Positions 1 to 7,132 of a DNA stretch of 64,000 nucleotides are shown piece after piece. The notes under the pieces were generated by a model. That model did not search any database. It was not told the origin of the DNA and saw nothing but the letters and a program-made list of their open reading frames with translations. The stretch spans positions 128,001 to 192,000 of the forward strand of contig CAXXFK010000020.1 in NCBI GenBank assembly GCA_963663965.2, written 5' to 3'. The DNA is from Sedimentisphaerales bacterium (lineage in GTDB: Bacteria > Planctomycetota > Phycisphaerae > Sedimentisphaerales > SM23-30). A program made the translations under genes and the position numbers. Numbering within the stretch: position 1 is the stretch's first letter; each line of letters begins with the position of its first letter.

Positions 1-1836
1 ATGCCCAAATGCACATTGGTGATGATCAGCAATCTCAGAGGATTTGAGTTCTGATTTCCCATGCAACATATCAGCCAGCCGTTTTTTCCACATACTATGC
101 CCGGCCTTGATTCCGAGTATATCAATCCCGGACCGCTGGATAGTGAATTGATCGACCTGGCGCAAGAGGCCCTGGACGGTTGTCACCAGTTGATCACCGG
201 AATTGAAGATATCGTGCGCCCCTTTGCTGGTTTCGCGATTGGCCTGTTCGAGCCGGGCCATATTTTTTGAGATTTCATCGGCGGCAATGGCGATCTGATC
301 GATCTGAGAATTAAAGTTCTGGGTCGCATCCGTAGTATGGGTTACCCGCTGAGCCATTTCATTGGTCATTTGACCCTGGTCTTCAATCGCCCGGGATATT
401 TCGCTATAGGACTGGCCGGTTTGTTGAATGGACTGGCTGGCCTGATGAATGGAATCGATCGAGCGTGCCGTCATGTTCTGGACCGCTTGAATCTGTTTCT
501 GGATTTCCTGGGTGGCATCGGCGCTCTGGCGCGCCAGTTCCTTTACTTCATTGGCGACAATGGCGAAACCTTTACCGGCTTCTCCGGCGCGCGCCGCTTC
601 GATAGTCGCGTTTAATGCCAGCAGATTGGTTTTATCCGCGATATCCTGAATCATATCCACCACGTTCCCGATCGTCTGCGCGGCGTCATCGAGCTGCTTG
701 ATGTCCTGGCTGCCGCTTTGGGATAGTTCAACGGCCTGATGAACCAATTTGCCCACATGCTGTGTGTTACTCGCTGCCGATTGACTGCCCAGCATAATCG
801 CCTCAATGGCCTGCGACATGTTTCGCATATTTTCAACCACCTCCCTGGCAATGGTGGTCATATTGGCCATGCTGACGGACAGTTCTTCGGTTGCCGCAGC
901 GGTACTGGTCAGGCGGTCGGTATTTTTTTCGGTATCGTAAATGATACAAGTGGACGATGAAGCCTGTTCGGTGGCAACCAGGGTTAAGCGGGCGCAATCA
1001 TTGGCAATACTTGATATAATCTGATGAACCTGTTCGATGAACTGATTGAAATAACCGGCGATCTCACTTAATTCATTTTTGCCGGTAATGGCCACACGCC
1101 GGGTTAAATCGCACTGACCGGAGGCGAAGGCTTGTAAGCGGTGGGACAGTGCGCCAATGGCCCGCATCTGCCAGACAAAAAATATTATAAAGGCGGTCAG
1201 GAACAGTCCTAAACCCGTTAATCCTATGGCCCACTGTCTGGAAGCCCAGGAAGCGTTTTCCCGACACCCGGTTTCCATTACAGAGGTCAACCGAGAACGG
1301 CTGGTGTGATATAAGGCCTCGATATCGGTTTCCAGAGCGTGGATACTGTCTTTAATCGGTGTCATCATTTTATTGGCCTGCTGTGGATTAATATTCGGAT
1401 CCTGAGAGAGCGTTTGAGCCAACTGGACAAATCCTTTGGAATAGTTTTGGAACTCCGTTTTCAGACCCTGGATTTTTGCCAGAGACTCTGAATCGATATG
1501 GGTATTCTGACTCGTCAGATGATTCAATTCATCCAGACGGGCAAGCATTGATCCCGACTGATCGGTGAACTGGTCCAGGTAATTTTTTTGTTTATCCGGG
1601 TTTCCAATATTCAGGAAATAGTCCTTTTCGTATCGGCGGTGCTGCAACATCAATCGATTGACTTCGGATATCGAGCAGCTCAAATCGATGGCCTGATCAA
1701 TTTGAGTTCCTATCGTATCGCGCGAATGTATCAGACCCAGATTGCCCACCAGACAGGTAAGGATCAGAATCGTCACTGAGAAAAACAACAAATAAGTCAA
1801 ACGAGCTTTGATGCTGCCTAATTGAAATTTGAACAT
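1..1836 (-). CDS. Methyl-accepting chemotaxis protein (TM - periplasmic helical sensor - TM - HAMP - MCP signalling domain - C-terminal CZB-like domain); 3' end runs off the window
   Basis: Not in the ORF track; translated by hand. ATG at 1836 follows AAGGGGA. Sequence runs [19 protein letters not shown]...RRYEKDYF (sensor)...[24 protein letters not shown] (HAMP)...[34 protein letters not shown] (MCP hairpin)...HSMWKKRL...DHHQCAFGH. Frame is open to base 1. Confidence 0.92.
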   Translation of the reverse strand, partial: MFKFQLGSIKARLTYLLFFSVTILILTCLVGNLGLIHSRDTIGTQIDQAIDLSCSISEVNRLMLQHRRYEKDYFLNIGNPDKQKNYLDQFTDQSGSMLARLDELNHLTSQNTHIDSESLAKIQGLKTEFQNYSKGFVQLAQTLSQDPNINPQQANKMMTPIKDSIHALETDIEALYHTSRSRLTSVMETGCRENASWASRQWAIGLTGLGLFLTAFIIFFVWQMRAIGALSHRLQAFASGQCDLTRRVAITGKNELSEIAGYFNQFIEQVHQIISSIANDCARLTLVATEQASSSTCIIYDTEKNTDRLTSTAAATEELSVSMANMTTIAREVVENMRNMSQAIEAIMLGSQSAASNTQHVGKLVHQAVELSQSGSQDIKQLDDAAQTIGNVVDMIQDIADKTNLLALNATIEAARAGEAGKGFAIVANEVKELARQSADATQEIQKQIQAVQNMTARSIDSIHQASQSIQQTGQSYSEISRAIEDQGQMTNEMAQRVTHTTDATQNFNSQIDQIAIAADEISKNMARLEQANRETSKGAHDIFNSGDQLVTTVQGLLRQVDQFTIQRSGIDILGIKAGHSMWKKRLADMLHGKSELKSSEIADHHQCAFGH

Positions 1837-1912
1837 AAGAATCCCCTTAGATTTTTGTATTTCGGTACGGTCATCATGAGGCAATACGGCAAATCCAATA
1901 TTTGAACGGCTT

Positions 1913-2017
1913 TATACTGATTACAATTGAAAATGCCCGCCAAGCTGTGATATAAGTTCTTCATGAGTAAAGACTTATCTTGCGAGCAATCAGGAATTTT
2001 CATACCCATCGGGTATA
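1913..2017 (-). mobile_element. 105-bp dispersed MITE-like repeat, family A, copy 1
   Basis: Reverse complement TATACCCGATGGGTATGAAAATTCCTGA...GGGCATTTTCAATTGTAATCAGTATA aligns end to end with copies at 39736, 44439 and 54715. Confidence 0.8.
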
Positions 2018-2300
2018 AGTATCTTATTGATAATCAGATCGAATCATTACAACGATAACTTTACCTAATTGCCTGACTATGCACTTAACTTGATCGATTT
2101 CATTGAATGGGCACGATTATCGTCTGATAACCAGTATGATTCGCCCGTATTCATCCTTTCATGTTTGCCTGATACACTAAGGAATAAATGGGGTTTCATT
2201 GTATGGGTAATGGCGTTGATCAGGCGAACCGAATCTGCCAGATTGAGTTGTTCTGTCAATCCAATGGGTAAATAGTCAGTATTGAATCTTTGACGTTATT

Positions 2301-3140
2301 TTACTTTTTAATCTCCTGGATGGGGATATCGACCGGTGGTTTGGTGGGGATGCCGAGGGCGTGGAGGGCTTCTTCGCCGTTCTGCTGGGAGAACGTGTTG
2401 AGGGCTTCGTAGCGATTGCAGGCGTAACTAAAGACCTGGTCGTCAGTTACGCTGTGGTCTTTCATCAATTCGGGGAGTCGGTCTTTGATGTATTCGGGGG
2501 CCAGTTTGGCTTCGCTGGGGTGCGTGGGGATTCTGGGGGGGTCGGGGATGTGGACGCGGGGTAAATCGGGAAATGGGTACTCTGGGGGATATCCATTGGG
2601 TTCGTTTGGTTTTTGTTGTAATTGCAACTGTTGCAGGAGCTTAAGATTGGCCTGGAAGGTTCGGTTGAGGTGGGCTTCGTAGCGGGCCAGGCAGTTGAAG
2701 GCGGGGACTTCGAGGGTGAAAGCCGTGCCGACTTCGTTGTGGCGTGGAAGATAGATGCTGGAGTGGGCGAAGGGCTGGTCGATGACGGTGTCTTTGCGGA
2801 TTTCTTCGTTGGTGAGGCGGAGTTTATAGACGCGGGCGTCGATCATTTCGGCTTCGATGCGGCCGATCCGTTCGAGGCGCCAGGCGGCCGAGACGATCTG
2901 GTCGGCGATGTGGCGCTGGAGGTAGGTGGTGGGTTTGAGGTCTTGCAGCAGCGCGGCGCGGAACTCGAGGTAGGTGAGTTCGGATTCGCCGGGGACGATG
3001 AGATGGGCGGGGTCCTGGCCGCTGAGGCCGTGCTTGATGGCGTTTCTGGATGAGATGGCCTTACCTTCGGGGGTTTTGGGGCCGGTGGATTTCTGGGCGT
3101 TGCGACGGTTGGCTCTGAGTCTTCTTAGTGACGATGACAT
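2301..3140 (-). CDS. Conserved hypothetical protein with N-terminal RRNAQKSTGPKTPEGKAISSRNAIKHGL motif, helical core, NEPN motif and Pro-rich tail
   Basis: 279-aa ORF with CAGGAGG RBS. I recognise the motif as a widespread uncharacterised family in Planctomycetes/Acidobacteria. Coding strand is strongly C-rich. Confidence 0.8.
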   Translation of the reverse strand: MSSSLRRLRANRRNAQKSTGPKTPEGKAISSRNAIKHGLSGQDPAHLIVPGESELTYLEFRAALLQDLKPTTYLQRHIADQIVSAAWRLERIGRIEAEMIDARVYKLRLTNEEIRKDTVIDQPFAHSSIYLPRHNEVGTAFTLEVPAFNCLARYEAHLNRTFQANLKLLQQLQLQQKPNEPNGYPPEYPFPDLPRVHIPDPPRIPTHPSEAKLAPEYIKDRLPELMKDHSVTDDQVFSYACNRYEALNTFSQQNGEEALHALGIPTKPPVDIPIQEIKK

Positions 3141-3195
3141 GGTTGGTACCTCCTGTTTAGAAATTTAAAATTTAGAATTTAAAATGCAAAATTGT

Positions 3196-3736
3196 GGTAT
3201 CCGCCTTGGGGCGGATGAGTTTTTAATTTTTGTTAAGCTCATTTCGTTGCTGAGGTTATGGTGATATTTTTTGTCATTGGGTTCGTTTCGTTTTCTGTTG
3301 TTATTCGCTGCGCTCATGGTTTGTTTTATCTATCTCTTTTGCGAGATATCCTGTCGGTACGCCTCTGCGAGGCGTGGATTAAAAATTTCAATCTCATGAT
3401 CGTTACCCAGGGTGGCGCTCGTCCCGTTATACGGGATTCGCTCTACCCTGGGCTGTTTTATGCCGGCCCGTTGGGCCGCTTTGGGTATCCGCCTGCGGCG
3501 GATGTTCGTATAATTTTGGTTAAGTTTCGTTCGTTGTTCAGGTTAGAGTGATATTTTTTTATGTTGGCTTTGTTTCGTTTTGTGTTGGTATTCGCTGCTC
3601 TCATGTTAGTTTTATCTTTCGCCTCCGGTGCGGAATCCTGTCGGTACGCCTCTACGAGGCGTGGGTTTAAAATTAAATTTCAATCTCTATCCGGGGCCTT
3701 ACGGACCCCGGCTAGTTACTTTCGGCTTTTCAAGCC
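3196..3736. repeat. Two imperfect tandem units, period 288 bp (core 3196-3395 and 3484-3687), each followed by a REP-like double hairpin
   Basis: Both cores start GGTATCCGCCT...GGCGGATG and share GTGATATTTTTT, TATTCGCTGC.CTCATG, ATCCTGTCGGTACGCCTCT.CGAGGCGTGG and AAATTTCAATCTC. Confidence 0.9.
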
Positions 3737-4132
3737 TTTTATGGCTGGGTTGTCGGGTTGTGTCATATTTGTATATCCCATTTCATTCGTATTGTTAAAA
3801 CAGCCAAAATAAATTGGCTGGTTGGGCCTGGTTCGTACGCTATCGCACCAAGCCAAGAATGCACCCACAAGCTGCGCTTGAAGGCGCCACGGTTTATGCG
3901 CATAAAATCTCTGTAGGCGTGGCCGGTTGGGTGTGGGGCACACCGGGAGTTCGGGGGCTATTGGGGCGACTTTGGGATTATAGACTGAGTTATTATATTG
4001 GTCAAATTAAAAACAATATTATTATATTATATAACTAATAATTTGTGAACATGCGCATTTGTTTAAGATGGGAAATTCGGTTGACTTGATCTTAAGGGTT
4101 TGTTTTTAAAGATTTATGTTGATTTCAGGAGT

Positions 4133-4160
4133 TGTCAACAAAATAAAATACACTGTGTAT
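4133..4160 (-). repeat. 28-bp motif, copy A (TGTCAACAAAATAAAATACACTGTGTAT)
   Basis: Near-identical to copies at 20818, 29726, 35798 and 37135. Confidence 0.85.
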
Positions 4161-4313
4161 AGTAGGAATCTGAATTATTCAGGTATTTGATTGAGGCCAG
4201 ATTATGAAGTATAATTAACCAGTGAAGGTTTTCAGTGTTCGGAGAGCATGAAACGTAAACAGGTAAGCAAGGTATTTCTGCCCAGAGGTTAAACAAAATT
4301 CAGGAGAAACCAT

Positions 4314-5006
4314 ATGAAATCGGGATATCTCTATTCGCGCATAGGTGTATTGGTAGCTTTGGCCGGTCTGATCGCCTTTTCATACTTTGCCCTGGCCGGG
4401 AATCTTGAGCCTACGGCGGCGCCCGGGCCTACCATGAAAACGCTGGATGAGATCTATGATAAGATGGATAACATTATCCCGGATAATGGCTGCTGTGAGG
4501 ATGATCCAACGATCTTGCCGAAATACGAGCAAATTGCCGGCAAGGCAAGAACGCATATGTGGGTGGATGGCATACCCGGCAGTTGTACGGAACAGGAATA
4601 TGAAGACTCCATTGTCGTAGTGGGCCATTGTTATGAAGGCTCTATCACGGTTGATCCGATTTCCGGCACTATTACCGGGCGGCCTTATTCGGGAGTTTTC
4701 ACGGTGAAAAAGTATATTGATCAATCCTCTCCCAGGCTGTTACAGAGTATGTTTACCGGCCAGGATATCAGCAATATTCATATTCGATTTTATATGGAGA
4801 TGCCCGCGGGAACCCGGGCTGAACCTGGTGACGAAAGCGCTGCGGTTAACTACTATACCATCGAGTTGCGTCACGCCAAAGTGGTGAGGCACCTGACCTA
4901 CGCGCCGAATTTTGAAGAAGTTTCCTTTGAGTATGAACGTATCCGCTGGATATGGGAAAACGGCGGGATCGAATATGAATACGATAAAAGAAATGTGGCC
5001 AGCTGA
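4314..5006 (+). CDS. Hcp/TssD-family (type VI tube-like) domain protein with N-terminal signal peptide
   Basis: CAGGAG RBS. Hydrophobic N-terminus ends in ALA, followed by GNLEPTAAPGPTMKTLDEIY. Hcp motifs follow: GIPGSC...EDSI, DPISGTITG, FTVKKYIDQSSPRLLQ, YYTIELRHA, EEVSFEYERIRW. Confidence 0.85.
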   Translation: MKSGYLYSRIGVLVALAGLIAFSYFALAGNLEPTAAPGPTMKTLDEIYDKMDNIIPDNGCCEDDPTILPKYEQIAGKARTHMWVDGIPGSCTEQEYEDSIVVVGHCYEGSITVDPISGTITGRPYSGVFTVKKYIDQSSPRLLQSMFTGQDISNIHIRFYMEMPAGTRAEPGDESAAVNYYTIELRHAKVVRHLTYAPNFEEVSFEYERIRWIWENGGIEYEYDKRNVAS

Positions 5007-5020
5007 GCAGGGAACTGGTG

Positions 5021-6673
5021 ATGCGTTTATTGCTGATCTTATTTTGGTCTTTCGTTTTTACGGGGTCTGTGTGGGCAGAGAATATTGACCCGTACGATAC
5101 GGACCGCCAATACGCCTGGGGTGAAAATGTGGGCTGGCTGAATTTTGAGCCCGGCCAGGGAGAGGGCGTTACGGTCAGTCGGAATTCGCTGAGCGGTTAT
5201 TTATGGTCAGAGAATGTGGGCTGGATCAATCTCTCGCCTGGTGAGTATGGCGGGGTATTGAATGATGGGAGCGGTAACCTGTCCGGTTATGGGTGGGGTG
5301 AAAATGTGGGCTGGATCAATTTTGATCCGCAGGTACCGGGAGATCCAACCTGCTATGGAGTGAAAATCGATCAGGATGGCAACTTTCAGGGTTGGGCCTG
5401 GGGTGAGACTATCGGCTGGATTCACCTGAATGGATCGGGGGCGGTTGACTATGGGGTACAAACCGGAGAATGCCCGCTCGATACCGATCGTCTGGAAAAC
5501 TGGACGCCGGTAAAAATTTCGAACAACCAAGATCGGTGGCTGGCCCCAAGAATTGCCGTTCATGAGGATTCCATTCATGTGGTCTGGTATAATCTGGCGG
5601 TTGACTCGCTGATCTATCGCCGCAGTACCGATGGCGGTTTAAGCTGGGACGATCCGCAAATTCTGGCCAGTGGCACGGTTCATACGCCGGCCATTGCCGT
5701 TTCCGGTCAGGATGTGCATGTGGTCTGGCGCGGGGCCAGTTCGACGATATGCTATCGGCGGAGCGTGAATAATGGGGCATCGTTTGGCTCGGTGGTGAAT
5801 TTGAGTACCGGGCCGGATGATGGTTATTTACCGGACATTGCCGTATACAGTCCGATGGTCTATGTGATCTGGATCCAATCGGGGCCTACTTATGATATTC
5901 GTCTGGCTCGCAGTCTGGACGATGGCGCTAACTGGCAAGCCTCTGCTTTGATAACCAGTGATGGCGGTACAACCGAGGAGCGTGTGCCCAGGATCGCGGC
6001 GGGGTATCAACGCGCCTATGTCGCCTGGCTGGAAATTGACGATGCCACGGTGTTTACTCGTTATTCGTTATCCAGCAACTCCGGCGTAAACTGGACCCCC
6101 AAGACGACGCTTTGGGCAGAGCCTATCGATACTATCAACCAGGTCGCGATTGCCTGTCAGGGCAGTAATGTCTATGTCGTTCGAGACGCGCCGGAGAACG
6201 GGCCGCTGCAAAAGGTCAGTATCAATGGCGGATCGACGTTTTCAGCTGAAATCCGGTTGGGTAACGGCAACAATTATGGCCCGGAAATGGACGCGGTCAG
6301 TGTCTATAGTCAAAACGGCTGTTCGGTTTACGCCAGGGACAGCGGCCTGTTTGTGTCGAACGGTCTGTGCCGGGCCTGTCAGATCGATACGAACCTGAGC
6401 GGCTTTGTTCATGTCGATATCGGTGTCAGTTCCAGCGGCCGCCGCCATGTGGTGTGCGGCTATGGTTCCAGTATCTATTACTATCGAGAGGTGCCGGGAG
6501 ATTTTAATGGGGACGGCGAGGTTGATTTGAAGGATTTCGCCAGCTTTGCGGCGGAAGGCTGGTTATCTGACAACTGTATGGGGTGCGGCGGCTATGATCT
6601 GACATTCGATGGCCGGGTCTCGATCGATGATATCCAGAAATTCATTGAGGACTGGCTGGTTGGGATTCAGTAA
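5021..6673 (+). CDS. Secreted protein: 4x W(G/S)E(N/T)(V/I)GW(L/I) repeats, BNR/Asp-box beta-propeller, C-terminal dockerin-like repeat
   Basis: Signal peptide (VWA). Asp boxes STDGGLSW, SVNNGASF, SLDDGANW, SSNSGVNW, SINGGSTF. Tail GDFNGDGEVDLKDF...DLTFDGRVSIDDIQKFIEDWL. Confidence 0.85.
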   Translation: MRLLLILFWSFVFTGSVWAENIDPYDTDRQYAWGENVGWLNFEPGQGEGVTVSRNSLSGYLWSENVGWINLSPGEYGGVLNDGSGNLSGYGWGENVGWINFDPQVPGDPTCYGVKIDQDGNFQGWAWGETIGWIHLNGSGAVDYGVQTGECPLDTDRLENWTPVKISNNQDRWLAPRIAVHEDSIHVVWYNLAVDSLIYRRSTDGGLSWDDPQILASGTVHTPAIAVSGQDVHVVWRGASSTICYRRSVNNGASFGSVVNLSTGPDDGYLPDIAVYSPMVYVIWIQSGPTYDIRLARSLDDGANWQASALITSDGGTTEERVPRIAAGYQRAYVAWLEIDDATVFTRYSLSSNSGVNWTPKTTLWAEPIDTINQVAIACQGSNVYVVRDAPENGPLQKVSINGGSTFSAEIRLGNGNNYGPEMDAVSVYSQNGCSVYARDSGLFVSNGLCRACQIDTNLSGFVHVDIGVSSSGRRHVVCGYGSSIYYYREVPGDFNGDGEVDLKDFASFAAEGWLSDNCMGCGGYDLTFDGRVSIDDIQKFIEDWLVGIQ

Positions 6674-6755
6674 TACAGGGCAGGATGCTATTCAAGGTTT
6701 CGAGCCAACTGAACACACAGGGTGGTCAAGTCGCAACCAAAGAAGAAATAGTTCA

Positions 6756-6819
6756 CACAAAGCCACTAAGCCACGAAGATTAACAGCCATTTAGACAGGA
6801 TCACAGGATCGACAGGATA
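6756..6819 (+). repeat. Short tandem repeats: CACnAAG(C/A) x3 and (G)ACAGGAT(C/A) x3
   Basis: CACAAAGC-CACTAAGC-CACGAAGA (6756-6779) and GACAGGATC-ACAGGATC-GACAGGATA (6794-6819). Confidence 0.75.
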
Positions 6820-7032
6820 AAAAGTTCGGGACCATTAAAATATCTTATAAGATGTAGTCATTACTTTGCTTATAAAACATACTAACAAAAAGCTTGCTAA
6901 GAAAACAAAGAAATGATGGATTGTAGTATGAAAAAACGCGTAAATGAGTCAGAGGCTTGACAGGAATATCGATTGAAACGGAAACATCAACTCGCACAAA
7001 AATCATTTTGTCAGGCACCCTAAGTCTGATCA

Positions 7033-7074
7033 ACAAAGAAACGCCGGATCGATAATCTGGTCAATCCGGCGTTT
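7033..7074 (-). terminator. Intrinsic terminator downstream of xfp
   Basis: Stem AAACGCCGGAT/ATCCGGCGTTT followed on the minus strand by TTTCTTTGT. Confidence 0.7.
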
Positions 7075-7132
7075 ATCTTCAAGTTAATCATTCATCGATT
7101 ATGAAAAATGGGCGATAAAAATTGATCCCTGT

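Noticed and set aside
61..1779. Short ORFs in the track at 61-1779
   Set aside because: They are shadows of the minus-strand chemoreceptor, which is open from 1836 to the window edge.
1818..2009. Similar short ORFs MGMKIPD(C/R)SQDK here and at 39684-39866
   Set aside because: They are translations of the 105-bp repeat; no RBS, and the frame is not kept in other copies.
3196..3736. Possible CRISPR array
   Set aside because: Only two long (288-bp) degenerate units, no short repeat-spacer pattern and no cas genes.
4314..5006. Type VI secretion locus
   Set aside because: No sheath, VgrG, baseplate or membrane-complex genes anywhere in the window.
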